DNA of 64,000 nucleotides from Candidatus Gottesmanbacteria bacterium (GTDB taxonomy: Bacteria > Patescibacteriota > Microgenomatia > JAMCYU01). Both the position numbers and the translations under genes were made by a program. Shown here in pieces: positions 44,276 to 55,413 of this stretch. Numbering within the stretch: position 1 is the stretch's first letter; the number at the start of each line of letters is the position of its first letter. The stretch is from positions 130,683-194,682 of the forward strand of contig JAZDMI010000021.1 in the NCBI GenBank assembly GCA_043801155.1, given 5' to 3'. The notes under the pieces are model-generated. The model was not told where the DNA came from. It was given only the letters and a program-made list of their open reading frames with translations, and ran no database searches.

Positions 44276-47200
44276 ATGAACCATTTAGGAAAAGATAAAG
44301 TTTTTGCCTGGCTTTCCGTGTTTTCTCTGACACTCCAAATATTAAACGGAGTGTTTTTATTTTCTCCAATTTATGCACAGGAGCAAACTCCGCAATCATC
44401 TCCAGATACTATGGTTACACCCTCTCCTTCAGTTGAACAAACAAGTAATATTGAAGTTACTCCTATACCAGATGTTTCACCGACACCTGAAATAACACCG
44501 GAACCATCGCCGAGTTTAGAACCAACACCAGTTGCAACACCAGACGTAACTCCGATTCCTGATACAACAGTTTCTCCTAATAATCAACCAGAAGCGCCTC
44601 CATCTGCACAAGCGTTAGATCAAACTCAAGCATCGCCGGAACCGGGTATTTCTCCTTCAATATCTCCTTTGGCTGAACCAGATAAAGAAGATGGCCATAT
44701 TTCCGCGGCAATTTTAAAAGATACTAAAGCAGATTCAATCGATTTAATTGATTTGGATTTTCAGGCAGAGGGAAGCGCCGTCATAAATACTGATAAATTA
44801 GATTATGCCCCAACTGATACAGTTTTAGTCACTGGCACGGGATTTTTACCCGATAAAACTTACACTATAGAAATTACTTCTCAAGATCTACCAGCTGTAG
44901 CTTTTAATGCAGAAGTTAAATCTGATTCTGCTGGTAATCTTTTTTATTCATATCAACTCGATGGAAATTACAGGCCAAATTATAAGGTCGAGATAAAAAG
45001 ACACACAGAGATAATTGCATCAACTACGTTTACGGATTCTGTTCCCTTCGGACCAACATCGTCACAAAATATTGCATGTATGGGTGATCAACCAACTGCT
45101 CCTAGTGGACTTAACTGTACTGCAAATGATATTCAAATTGCATCTGTTGATAATATACACATTGTAGCCAGCGGTCCTGATCCTGCTCACCTTACTCCAA
45201 CAGCAAGTACAGAGTGTGATTATCCTGGTCAATATATACAATTTACTGCAAGTTGGCATGTAGAATCAACGGCTACTTCCCGGTATAATGTGGGACTTTG
45301 GTTTGCTAACCAAGGTCAAACAAACGCACTTCACGGAATGTGTTCAGCTTCTACTCTTCCGAGTTCTCCTAATCCTCCTTTTTTTGAAGATACCGATGAC
45401 ACCTGTGGAGATATCCATAGCGGCGAGATAGGAACAGTAACTCCTGATATTACCGTAATAGCTCAATGTAATGCCGCACCGGGTACAAATCAATTAAGCC
45501 TTCCTTACTGTACAAGCTGGGATCAGAATGAACGAGCAGGGAATGGTTGTAATAATCCCTCCGGAACTGTACCTGGAACTCCATCGAAATGTAGTTGTGA
45601 TAACGGATTCACAGTCCCAATTATTGTTCCGCCATCAATTGAAGTGGTGAAGTCACTTTCACCGTCAAATGACCCAGGTTTATTTAATTTATTAGTTAAT
45701 ACCGTTACTAAAAAAACAGATGCTGGAAATGGCGGGACAACGGGTAAAGTTGGAATAACATTAGGAAGCAATAGCTTTGGGGAAACAGCCGGAACAGGTA
45801 CAAATTTAAATAATTATACTTCAGTTGCATCATGTGTTCTTAGGGGAACACAAACAGCCGTTTCTGCAAGTCAAAGTGGCAATACTTGGACAATAGCTAA
45901 TATTACCAATGGTCAGGATATTCTTTGCACGATTACTAATACAAGGATTAACAATGCCTCAATTACTATAGTTAAAGATGCACAACCTAATAATTCACAA
46001 GATTTTCCTTTTACAACCACAGGATCTGGACTTTCTAGTTTTAGTCTGGACGATGATTCGGATCCAACGCTTTCAAACACAAAAGTCTTCACAGATTTAG
46101 GAAGTGGTATTTATACAGTTACGGAAGGGGTAGTAAGCGGTTGGACTACCAGTCAAATTAACTGCGTTGACCCAACACAAAATTCTTCCGGAAATCTTCC
46201 GACAGCTCCAGTCGCTACTATAAATTTAGCAGCCGGAGAATCGGTTACTTGTACTTTCATTAATACCCGCGATCAAGGCACGATTGAATTAAAGAAAGTC
46301 TGGTCAGGTACTGGCGGACAAACAACCTTAAATATTGGAACCACTCCTGCCGGAAACGATACCGATACTCAATTAACCGGAGTTGATGGCGTCGCCCCAT
46401 TAACAACGGGACAAAATCAAGTTAATACGGGTACATATTACATGTCAGAAGCCGGAGGTTTAGGAAATTACAGCTCATCAGCTCTTTCCTGTTTCAATGA
46501 TGCTAATAATAACGGAACGAATGATGGGGAATCAAACGTTACAGTGGGAATAAATAATAGTGTTGTTGTGGGTACAGGCCAGCATGTTATCTGTTCTTTT
46601 ACAAACACTCGTAATACCGGCACCATAAAAGTAATAAAAGATGTTTCTCCAGATGATCAAGGAGCAACATCTTGGGATTTTGCTATTAGTGGACCAACTA
46701 ATAACTCAGCGACATTAGTTGATGGTGGACAATCAAATGCTTTTACCTCTGACACAGGAAATTATACAGTTACAGAGACCGCACATACTGGTACCAATGG
46801 AAGTAATTACAATACAACCTATTCTTGTTCAGTAGTGACGAACGAAATTACTCATGGTAGCGGTAGAATTGCCACGTTCGCTTTAGCAACAAATCAGAAC
46901 GTTGTTTGTACATTCACCAATGCACTGCGGACCGGTCATATTATTGTTGATAAAATTACAGTGCCTTCCGGTGATGCTCAAAGCTTTACCTTTGCTACAA
47001 CCGGAACCGGTTATACAGGATTCAGCTTAACAGATGTTTCAACTCCGAACGATCAAGAACTTTTGATTGGAAATTATAGTGTAACAGAAACAGGAGTTAA
47101 TGGTTGGACATTAACAAATACTTCTTGTGTCAGCTCAATTCAAGATACAGAAACTGCCAATAATCTCGAGCTTGATGCAGGCGAAACAATAACTTGTACA

Positions 47201-50200
47201 TTTACCAATACCAAAAAAGGTTCAATTACTGCTTGTAAATACAATGATGTTAACGGCAATGGTGTAATAAATCAGGGTGATGATCAACTTCTTGATGGTT
47301 GGGAGATGACTTTAAATCCCGGAAATATAAAGCAATCAACAGTTAATGGTTGTACGACTTTCAGTAACTTGTTACCAGATAATTATTCTATTATTGAAAC
47401 TCTTCAGCCTGATTGGTCAAATACTTCTGGTGGGTTGACACAAAATATTTCTCTTACTGCTGGTGAGAATTCTACGGTTAATTTTTTAAATTTTGAACTT
47501 GGGGATATTACTGTATGCAAATATAATGACTATAACGGTAATGGTCAATACGAACCGCAAGATGATTTACCATTATCAAATATTTCGATTAATCTTTTTC
47601 AAGCGATAAACCTTCTTGATACAAAATCAACTGGTTTAAATGGCTGCGTTACTTTTAACGGATTAACAGCTGGTCAATATCGCGTCGCTGAAGATTATAA
47701 CGATCCAGATTTACTTGGATATTACTCGACAAATAATATAACCCATTATGATGTTAACATTGTCTCTGGTTCACAAGAAAACAGAATCTTTTTAAATACC
47801 CAATATCGGACTATTTCTGGCACAAAATACCATGATTTAAATAATAACGGAGCAAGAGATGCCGGGGAACCAGGTCTAGAAAATTGGACAATTTTCATTG
47901 ACTATAACAATAATAATGTTCTTGATGCCGGAGAACCATCAACCACCACCAATGTTAATGGTTATTACGAATTTACCAATTTAGCAGCTGATTCCTATAC
48001 CATAGCCGAAGGACTTAAACCTGGTTGGAACCAAACTCAACCTTCAACTGGTCATTATGATGTTGATGTTCATACGGCAGTTACCTCGACTGGTAATGAT
48101 TTTGGGAACCGCGGAGCATTATCCATTTTTGCATGTAAATTTGAAGATAGTAATGGTCTGCTTGCTGGTGGAAATTTTACACCAGTTACCAACTGGGACT
48201 TTACTCTCGGACAACAGACACAGAACACCGGATCCGGTCATTGCACAACCTTTAGTAATTTAATCCCAGGAGGTTATACAGTTAGCGAACCGTCACCTTT
48301 GCCCAATGGTTGGTTTTTTGCCGATGATTCACAAGGAAGCCGTTATGTAGTTCTGATTGATCAGAATAAGACAGTAAATTTCTTTAATTATCGAAAGGGT
48401 TCAATTACCGGTCAAAAATTTAATGATTTAAATGGTAACGGCAGTAAGAATGGGGGAGAATCTGGTTTACCCGGGTGGACAATTCATTTATTAGATACAA
48501 ACGATAATGTATTGCAGACAACCTTAACGGATGCTAGCGGAAACTTCATTTTTACCAATCTTGATCCAGGGACTTATCGTATCCGGGAAGTCGGACAAAC
48601 CAGCTGGCTACAAAAAACCACAAATCCGATTGATATTGTTTTAAGTAGTAATCAAGCTGTTACTGATATTGATTTTGGTAATCAGGGTAGGGGAATGATT
48701 ACAGTCTATAAAAATGTCGATACCAACGGAGATGGTCAAGTAGAAAACACCGGAGTAACTAATTGGACTTGGGATATTACCGCGGGCGAACAGAATATCG
48801 CCACCGGTCAGACAAGAACGCTGACGGCCGGAAATTATACAATTTCTGAAGACCAACAGGCTAATTATCATATAGTTGATTTAACCTGTGGGCAAACCAG
48901 TCTGGGGGCAATCGAAACAACCAATTTTGACCTAAACCCCGGTCAAGAAATTATTTGTACTTTTACAAATGCACGTGATACCGGAACAGTAATCGTTCAT
49001 AAGTTAGTGGATAGCAATAGTGATAATCAGTATGAGGGTGGAGATGACGATGCCAATAAATTAGGATTCAGGTGGAGTTTGAATAATGAAAATCCAGCCA
49101 CTCGAGATATGGGGACCAATGCCCAAGTAACTACGATAGACAGTCATCTTATTAATGAGAATAATGTACCCGGATATGTCTTTACCGGCTGGTTTAGCGG
49201 AGAAGGAACTTGTGGGGATTTACCTGCCAACCAACTTCAGCTTCCAGTGGACATTAGTCTTATAAGAAATGGTCAATCGAGATCAATTACGCTGTGTAAC
49301 CAACTTCAGAATCCAATTCTCACCATAACGAAGTCCAATAATGCTGGTGGAGATAAAAATCCCGGTGATAATGTTTTATTTACATTGACTGTTACCGCGA
49401 CACAAAGTGCAGTTAATAATGTTATTGTTTATGATCTTCCAGCTGGAGGGTTTAAGTATCGCAGCGGCTCCTGGACTGCCAACTCAAATGTACATGGTGT
49501 TCTTAGTATTCCCGAGCCTAATTATACATCTTCCGGTAAGTGGATTTTGGGAAATATGGCCAAAGACGAGACGATTACACTTACTTATCTTGCTGATATT
49601 GACAGCGGACAACAACCCGGTCTTTACAAAGATTTAGCTTGGGCAACCGGAAAATCGCTGTCTGATACAGATGTCTTGGCTCTAGCAGTTAATCCCGGGT
49701 ACTGGGATACTAATTATGTCGGTACGCAAGTCAATATCGTGAAAGAGCAGCAATCAGGTCTTACCGTTAATGTTGAAGGCAATAAAGAGGAACAGGTTCT
49801 TGGCGCCTCAACTCAATTGCCGGCGACCGGCGCCCAGAGTAAATGGCTTATTGCCGCCTTATTATTGCTAATTCTTGGATTAGTATCTATAATTTCGTCT
49901 ACTTTTATGAAAAAAGGAAAAAAACACTTATTCTTAATTGCTATTCTATTTGTTTTAATGAATATTATGTTAGCTGGTAATGTACTGGCGGCTAGCTTAA
50001 CGGTTCGGATTGAAGAGCCAAAAACACCGACTAATCAAAATAATTTTAAAATTAATTTTGTTACCCTGGATATTGCCGGCCGTGTTATTACCGCAAATTG
50101 TTTTGTTAAAGGACCTTCAGACGCAGGTTTTAGTCAATTTGGACCTGATATAAGTCTTCCTAATGGAGGAAATAATGGAAATTGTAATGTTGATTCAACC

Positions 50201-50887
50201 ATAGTTAATAATCCCGGTACTTATCAATTTTATGTTAGAGCATCGGTTACCGGCGATCCGTCTCAAGATAGTCAGATAGTTTCAACTGAATACCAAAATA
50301 GTATTCCGGGGAATCCGGCTAATTATCAAAAAACTAAAAACCTATGCACTTACCATATAAGTTTTAAGACAGCTGACGATGGTGGAAAGACGGTTAAGGT
50401 AGAGCTTTATCGTTCGGAGAATACCACATTCAATGTGGATTCCGGTTCTCGTGTCCAATCAATGGCACTAGGTTCTAATACCGAAGGCAGTTTTGATGAT
50501 AGTCCACCCGACTGTAGTAAGACATATTATTATGGTGTACGTGCTTTTGATAGTTTCGGCAATGGTTCAGGTTTTGCCGGTGATTCATTTACGACAACCA
50601 CGACCGTGACTATTGCCGCGTCTCCATCAGCTGCTTCCGGAGCAATTCCTATTTCTGGGGCAGTAACAGGATCAGTAGTCGGTGGCGGTACAGGCGAAGA
50701 AGTAGTCGGTGCAACACCAGGCAGTGAAATTGCTTCTCCAGCTCCGGGGACTACGGCTGAAGGTCAGGTGCAAGGTGTACAAGCAACGCAGTCTGGCTTA
50801 CTAAATAAAAAAAACCTGGCAATTTTTGCTGGCATAATCATTGTTCTGGGTCTTCTTTATTATTTCTATCGGCGAAACCAGGCTTAG
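44276..50887 (+). CDS. Giant (2203 aa) sortase-substrate surface adhesin. Signal peptide, Pro/Thr-rich stalk, more than 12 CnaB/SdrD-B-like repeats (..C.FTNTR.. and YNDxNGNG Ca-type motifs), and an internal LPATG sorting signal, followed in-frame by a second signal-peptide-led ~330-aa module with its own C-terminal anchor
   Basis: Read directly from the translation: LPATG at nt 49817-49831, then a hydrophobic stretch, then MKKGKK-hydrophobic-VLAAS (an internal ATG at 49907 with no intervening stop). Confidence 0.8.
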   Translation: MNHLGKDKVFAWLSVFSLTLQILNGVFLFSPIYAQEQTPQSSPDTMVTPSPSVEQTSNIEVTPIPDVSPTPEITPEPSPSLEPTPVATPDVTPIPDTTVSPNNQPEAPPSAQALDQTQASPEPGISPSISPLAEPDKEDGHISAAILKDTKADSIDLIDLDFQAEGSAVINTDKLDYAPTDTVLVTGTGFLPDKTYTIEITSQDLPAVAFNAEVKSDSAGNLFYSYQLDGNYRPNYKVEIKRHTEIIASTTFTDSVPFGPTSSQNIACMGDQPTAPSGLNCTANDIQIASVDNIHIVASGPDPAHLTPTASTECDYPGQYIQFTASWHVESTATSRYNVGLWFANQGQTNALHGMCSASTLPSSPNPPFFEDTDDTCGDIHSGEIGTVTPDITVIAQCNAAPGTNQLSLPYCTSWDQNERAGNGCNNPSGTVPGTPSKCSCDNGFTVPIIVPPSIEVVKSLSPSNDPGLFNLLVNTVTKKTDAGNGGTTGKVGITLGSNSFGETAGTGTNLNNYTSVASCVLRGTQTAVSASQSGNTWTIANITNGQDILCTITNTRINNASITIVKDAQPNNSQDFPFTTTGSGLSSFSLDDDSDPTLSNTKVFTDLGSGIYTVTEGVVSGWTTSQINCVDPTQNSSGNLPTAPVATINLAAGESVTCTFINTRDQGTIELKKVWSGTGGQTTLNIGTTPAGNDTDTQLTGVDGVAPLTTGQNQVNTGTYYMSEAGGLGNYSSSALSCFNDANNNGTNDGESNVTVGINNSVVVGTGQHVICSFTNTRNTGTIKVIKDVSPDDQGATSWDFAISGPTNNSATLVDGGQSNAFTSDTGNYTVTETAHTGTNGSNYNTTYSCSVVTNEITHGSGRIATFALATNQNVVCTFTNALRTGHIIVDKITVPSGDAQSFTFATTGTGYTGFSLTDVSTPNDQELLIGNYSVTETGVNGWTLTNTSCVSSIQDTETANNLELDAGETITCTFTNTKKGSITACKYNDVNGNGVINQGDDQLLDGWEMTLNPGNIKQSTVNGCTTFSNLLPDNYSIIETLQPDWSNTSGGLTQNISLTAGENSTVNFLNFELGDITVCKYNDYNGNGQYEPQDDLPLSNISINLFQAINLLDTKSTGLNGCVTFNGLTAGQYRVAEDYNDPDLLGYYSTNNITHYDVNIVSGSQENRIFLNTQYRTISGTKYHDLNNNGARDAGEPGLENWTIFIDYNNNNVLDAGEPSTTTNVNGYYEFTNLAADSYTIAEGLKPGWNQTQPSTGHYDVDVHTAVTSTGNDFGNRGALSIFACKFEDSNGLLAGGNFTPVTNWDFTLGQQTQNTGSGHCTTFSNLIPGGYTVSEPSPLPNGWFFADDSQGSRYVVLIDQNKTVNFFNYRKGSITGQKFNDLNGNGSKNGGESGLPGWTIHLLDTNDNVLQTTLTDASGNFIFTNLDPGTYRIREVGQTSWLQKTTNPIDIVLSSNQAVTDIDFGNQGRGMITVYKNVDTNGDGQVENTGVTNWTWDITAGEQNIATGQTRTLTAGNYTISEDQQANYHIVDLTCGQTSLGAIETTNFDLNPGQEIICTFTNARDTGTVIVHKLVDSNSDNQYEGGDDDANKLGFRWSLNNENPATRDMGTNAQVTTIDSHLINENNVPGYVFTGWFSGEGTCGDLPANQLQLPVDISLIRNGQSRSITLCNQLQNPILTITKSNNAGGDKNPGDNVLFTLTVTATQSAVNNVIVYDLPAGGFKYRSGSWTANSNVHGVLSIPEPNYTSSGKWILGNMAKDETITLTYLADIDSGQQPGLYKDLAWATGKSLSDTDVLALAVNPGYWDTNYVGTQVNIVKEQQSGLTVNVEGNKEEQVLGASTQLPATGAQSKWLIAALLLLILGLVSIISSTFMKKGKKHLFLIAILFVLMNIMLAGNVLAASLTVRIEEPKTPTNQNNFKINFVTLDIAGRVITANCFVKGPSDAGFSQFGPDISLPNGGNNGNCNVDSTIVNNPGTYQFYVRASVTGDPSQDSQIVSTEYQNSIPGNPANYQKTKNLCTYHISFKTADDGGKTVKVELYRSENTTFNVDSGSRVQSMALGSNTEGSFDDSPPDCSKTYYYGVRAFDSFGNGSGFAGDSFTTTTTVTIAASPSAASGAIPISGAVTGSVVGGGTGEEVVGATPGSEIASPAPGTTAEGQVQGVQATQSGLLNKKNLAIFAGIIIVLGLLYYFYRRNQA

Positions 50888-50893
50888 AATCAG

Positions 50894-51493
50894 GTGAAAA
50901 ACTTGCCTAAAATCCTTACACTTTTTGGTTTTCTATCGATCTTAACCTCGGGAATTATTTTGATTTTTACTTTTTATCCGGTTTTTAATACCGAAATAAA
51001 CTACGAGATTAAATCAGTAATTAAACCATTTATTAAACAATCTCTCAAACCTATTGACACGGACTTTGGGATTGTCATTCTCAAAATTGATGCTAACAGC
51101 AAAATTGTCGCTAACGTTGATCCTTATAACTCAAAGGAATACCAATGGGCTTTAACCAAAGGTGTAGCCCATGCCCGCGGATCTTCTTTTCCCGGAGAAC
51201 TTGGTAATGTTTTTATTTTTTCTCACTCATCAGTGAACTTTTATGAAGCAGTCCGCTATAATTCGATTTTTTACCTTCTTAATAAACTGGAAAAGGGGGA
51301 CGAGATTGATTTATATTACAAAGACAAGAAGTTTAAGTATCTGGTTAATGAGAAAAAAATGGTCAATTCCGGAGATATTCAATACTTATCCGGTAAAAAT
51401 TCAGATAGAACCGTTACCTTGATGACTTGCTGGCCGCCAGGTACTGATTTAAAAAGATTAATAGTCATAGCTGATTATTCCTCGATAAATTAA
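50894..51493 (+). CDS. Sortase (canonical His / TLxTC / Arg)
   Basis: N-terminal TM segment, IFSHSS His region, VTLMTCWPPG Cys motif, and LKRLIVIAD Arg. Confidence 0.8.
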   Translation: MKNLPKILTLFGFLSILTSGIILIFTFYPVFNTEINYEIKSVIKPFIKQSLKPIDTDFGIVILKIDANSKIVANVDPYNSKEYQWALTKGVAHARGSSFPGELGNVFIFSHSSVNFYEAVRYNSIFYLLNKLEKGDEIDLYYKDKKFKYLVNEKKMVNSGDIQYLSGKNSDRTVTLMTCWPPGTDLKRLIVIADYSSIN

Positions 51494-51559
51494 TAATTCT
51501 TGATATTCCTAATAGAAATTTAACCAATTAAGAGATATAATAATCGCGTATTTACTAAT

Positions 51560-53224
51560 ATGCCTATTAATCAAGTAACCTTAATAAAACTTATTGCTGA
51601 TAGCGGTTTAATCTCTAAGGATGATTTGCGCAATGCCCAAAATACTGCCGATCACTTAGGAAGTACTCGAACCGATATTCTTATTCGGCAAGATTATCTT
51701 AAAGAAGAAGACTTGGGTAATCTATTAAGTAAATTTTTTAAAGTAAAGTATATTGATTTAACTAAAATTGATATACCCATAAAGACTCTTAATTTAATTC
51801 CCGAGTCTTTAGCGGTTGATAGTCGGGTTATTGTTTTTGCCAAAAAAGACGATCAAGTAATGGTGGCAATGGATGACCCTTGGGATCTTGAAGCGATAGA
51901 GTTAGTAAGAAAAACCATTGGTTCGCGGACTAATATTATTCCCCACGTAACAACCCCGGAAGGTATTAAAGAGGCCCTTAAGTTCTATAAAAAGCGGACT
52001 AAAGAAGAGATGGAAGGGCAAATTGAAATAACCAAGACAAAAGACTTATCGGCAATTACGATTGTCAATCAATTGCTAGAAGATGCATGTCGGCAAGAGG
52101 CATCTGATATTCATATCGAACCTTTATCTTCCCAACTGTTAGTTCGATTACGGACTGATGGCGTATTGCATGATCATATGTTACTAGCTAAAGAAATGCA
52201 TCCGGCCATTGTTGCCCGGATAAAAATCCTTTCCGAACTAAAACTTGATGAACAACGTCTTCCGCAGGATGGCCGTTTTTCCTTTGAGACGAAAATGGGA
52301 GAAATAATTGCTCTTCGTGTCTCAACTGCTCCGACCGTATACGGAGAGAAAATAGTCTTAAGGATTCTTCATGATGCTATTTCTAAATTTAATTTAGATG
52401 AACTAGGTTTAATCTCCTCTGATCAAGAAATTATCAGCCGTGTTATTCAACGAACACACGGGATGTTTTTGGTGACCGGTCCGACCGGATCTGGCAAGAC
52501 AACAACTCTATATACAATTTTAGGACTTCTGAACCGACCGGGTGTAAACATTATGACGATTGAAGATCCGGTAGAAAATAGAATTCCCCGGGTAAACCAG
52601 ATACAGGTAAATCCGCAGATTAATCTGGATTTTGCTTCAGGTTTGCGATCGATGTTAAGGCAAGACCCGGATATTATTATGGTTGGTGAAATTCGTGATC
52701 GGGAAACGGCTGTTATTGCTATTAATGCTGCCATGACCGGTCATTTAGTCTTTTCTTCAGTTCATGCCAATACGGCTGCCGGAGCTATTCCAAGAATGAT
52801 CGATTTAGGAGTTGAACCGTTTCTGTTGGCTTCAACCGTTAATATGGTAATCGCCCAACGATTAGTGAGGATCCTTTGCCCGAAATGCCTGGAGGAAATA
52901 AAAATTAGTCCATTAATAAATCAAAGACTGGAAAAATCACAAGCATTTATTTCTCCGGATATTAAAAAGAATTTAACCAGGGATTTTCGAGCCAAAGGAT
53001 GTTCAAACTGCTACTTTACCGGATTTCGTGGCCGGATGGGTATTTTTGAAATTATAAATTTAGACATCCATCTTCAGGAGTTAATAATCAACAAGTCCTC
53101 CAGCAATCTGATATGGCAGGCAGCCCGGGAGGACGGAGCCAGAAGTATGTTGGAAGACGGTTTACTTAAAGCAAATCGGGGGGTTACGCCAATTGAAGAA
53201 GTCTTCCGGGTAATATCAGAGTAA
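51560..53224 (+). CDS. pilB: Type IV pilus assembly ATPase PilB (GspE family)
   Basis: T2SE N-domain, Walker A GPTGSGKTTT, Asp/His boxes, and a Zn CxxC...CxxC motif. Confidence 0.9.
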   Translation: MPINQVTLIKLIADSGLISKDDLRNAQNTADHLGSTRTDILIRQDYLKEEDLGNLLSKFFKVKYIDLTKIDIPIKTLNLIPESLAVDSRVIVFAKKDDQVMVAMDDPWDLEAIELVRKTIGSRTNIIPHVTTPEGIKEALKFYKKRTKEEMEGQIEITKTKDLSAITIVNQLLEDACRQEASDIHIEPLSSQLLVRLRTDGVLHDHMLLAKEMHPAIVARIKILSELKLDEQRLPQDGRFSFETKMGEIIALRVSTAPTVYGEKIVLRILHDAISKFNLDELGLISSDQEIISRVIQRTHGMFLVTGPTGSGKTTTLYTILGLLNRPGVNIMTIEDPVENRIPRVNQIQVNPQINLDFASGLRSMLRQDPDIIMVGEIRDRETAVIAINAAMTGHLVFSSVHANTAAGAIPRMIDLGVEPFLLASTVNMVIAQRLVRILCPKCLEEIKISPLINQRLEKSQAFISPDIKKNLTRDFRAKGCSNCYFTGFRGRMGIFEIINLDIHLQELIINKSSSNLIWQAAREDGARSMLEDGLLKANRGVTPIEEVFRVISE

Positions 53225-53228
53225 TTTT

Positions 53229-54443
53229 ATGGCTAAATATTCTTATATCTTGGTTAACCAAGAAGGAAAAAAAGAATCAGGACAAACAGATGCCTTCTCG
53301 CGTGACGAAGCCGCCAATCAGATAAAGCGGCCCGGATGGTTTATCACTTCTTTAGATAAAAAAATTAATTTTAATTTTGATCTACCTTTCTTTAAACGAA
53401 GCGAGAATTTTTCCTCTTTTGAAAGAATAATGTTTACCGATCACCTGGCATCGATGATTCGTTCGGGAACACCGATTATCGAAGCCCTGGAAATTTATAA
53501 CGATGAAAAAGGGAAAAAGAGGAAACTAATTATTGATAACATGGTTAAACAAATACAAAAAGGTAAACAACTGTCGACGGCGATGACTCTATATCCGCAA
53601 ACATTCTCACCACTTTATATTTCTTTAGTCCAGTCAGGAGAACTAACCGGTCGTCTGGATGAGACAATTGATTATTTGTCAAAAGACTTAAGACGGGAAT
53701 ATGAATTTAATGAGAATATCAGATCAGCCCTTTTTTATCCGGTCCTGGTTCTGATTGTGGCTCTATTGGTAGTTATGCTTTTAATAATGGTGGTTATTCC
53801 GAAAGTTTTATTACTGACAAAAGAACTGGGTAATGACATGCCGCCGGTCACCCGGATGGTAGCTTCGGTAGCCGATTTATTGACAAGGTTTGGGCCTTTA
53901 ATAATTTTTTTAATATTTTTAGGAATGATACTGATGCCGATAATCTTCAGTATCCCCGCGGCTAAACGTAAACTTGACCCCTATTTGTTAAAAATGCCAC
54001 TGGTCGGTTCGATCATCAGAAAATATATTTTGTCACGATTCTTGCAAATTGTTGGTAGTTGTTTAAAATACGGAATTCCATTAACGACAATTTTCCCGAC
54101 GATTGGAAATGTAGTTAGTAATGAAATATATCGTCAGGCGTGTAACCGGGTAGAGGCAAAAATAATTAGAGGCTTAAGCCTTTCCGAAGCGCTTAATCAA
54201 GAATTACCGACTGTCTTCCCCCGTGTGATTGTCAGAACGCTAAAAGGCGGCGAGAAAACCGGATCAGTGGATATGACTTGTTTAAGACTTTCCCGTTTTT
54301 TTGAGGATGATATTGACAGGCAACTTAAAAGAGTTACTGATCTTATTGAACCAATCTTAGTTGTTTTCTTAGGTATTGTTGTTGCCGTAATTGCTTTAGG
54401 AGCCATTGCCCCGATATATCAGTTGACATCAAGTATCAGATAG
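53229..54443 (+). CDS. pilC: Type IV pilus platform protein PilC (GspF family)
   Basis: Duplicated T2SF domains with 3 TM segments. Confidence 0.85.
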   Translation: MAKYSYILVNQEGKKESGQTDAFSRDEAANQIKRPGWFITSLDKKINFNFDLPFFKRSENFSSFERIMFTDHLASMIRSGTPIIEALEIYNDEKGKKRKLIIDNMVKQIQKGKQLSTAMTLYPQTFSPLYISLVQSGELTGRLDETIDYLSKDLRREYEFNENIRSALFYPVLVLIVALLVVMLLIMVVIPKVLLLTKELGNDMPPVTRMVASVADLLTRFGPLIIFLIFLGMILMPIIFSIPAAKRKLDPYLLKMPLVGSIIRKYILSRFLQIVGSCLKYGIPLTTIFPTIGNVVSNEIYRQACNRVEAKIIRGLSLSEALNQELPTVFPRVIVRTLKGGEKTGSVDMTCLRLSRFFEDDIDRQLKRVTDLIEPILVVFLGIVVAVIALGAIAPIYQLTSSIR

Positions 54444-54454
54444 GATGTTTATTT

Positions 54455-54964
54455 ATGTTTCAAAAAGGCTTTACCTTAATCGAGATAATAATTGTATTGG
54501 CGGTAATTGCTATTTTATCTGTTGTTGGGATTGAATCGATAATTGAGTTTCAAAAAAGCGCTCTTCTTGGCGGAGTATCTGATGAATTCATGGCTGTTTT
54601 AAGATCGGCGCGGACAAAAAGTATTTCCGGCGAGCTTCTTGCAGGTGAGAGCCCTGAAAAGTTTTCCGAAACTGGTTTACCCATCTATGGAGTCAGAACC
54701 ACAGCTTCAAGTTATACGTTGTTTCGCCGTTATCAATTAGCGTGTCCACCAACACCTTGTTCTCCAATTCAAAATAGTGATCTTGAAAATGAAAGTTATT
54801 CATTAGACCCACACTTGACTTTTTCAACTATTGGCGAAGTTTTATTCGATCGTATTACTGGTGTTCCAATTACTGGTAGTACTACCCAATTTACTCTTGA
54901 AAGAGTCGGTTCAAGCGATCATAGTACTTTGGAAATAAATAACGAGGGAGTAGTCAAAAAATGA
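54455..54964 (+). CDS. Prepilin-type N-terminal cleavage/methylation-domain protein (minor pilin)
   Basis: Class III signal KG/FTLIEIIIV with Glu at +5. Confidence 0.7.
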   Translation: MFQKGFTLIEIIIVLAVIAILSVVGIESIIEFQKSALLGGVSDEFMAVLRSARTKSISGELLAGESPEKFSETGLPIYGVRTTASSYTLFRRYQLACPPTPCSPIQNSDLENESYSLDPHLTFSTIGEVLFDRITGVPITGSTTQFTLERVGSSDHSTLEINNEGVVKK

Positions 54965-55413
54965 CAAAAAACAATGGCTTTTTACTGATTGAGATTCTGA
55001 TCGCCATTGGTTTATCAGCTATTTTCCTGCCGGCTATCGGATTGATTCTTTCTTTTGGTTTAAATGCTGCTTCCGGAAGCGATAAAAATTCAATGGCTAA
55101 TCAACTTGCTCAAGAAGGCATGGAAGCTATATATTATCTAAAAAGTAATAGTTCTGATTGGGATTGGACATCACCAGACTTAGATACAGTAACTGGTGAA
55201 TATTATCAGCCAATAAAAGATAGCGGAGACTGGCAATTAGGAAATATTACCACCTCTCCAATAATTACCCCGGATCCCTTTACCCGGAAAATAGAGATTG
55301 AAGCCGGTTTTTCCGGAGATCAATATTCGCGCAAAATTAATGTTTATGTCACATGGCCGGATAAAAATGGGGAACAGGAGGTAAAACTTGAAAGTTATGT
55401 TACGGCACACTAA
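54961..55413 (+). CDS. Prepilin-type protein (minor pilin)
   Basis: NG/FLLIEILIAI with Glu at +5. Confidence 0.65.
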   Translation: MTKNNGFLLIEILIAIGLSAIFLPAIGLILSFGLNAASGSDKNSMANQLAQEGMEAIYYLKSNSSDWDWTSPDLDTVTGEYYQPIKDSGDWQLGNITTSPIITPDPFTRKIEIEAGFSGDQYSRKINVYVTWPDKNGEQEVKLESYVTAH

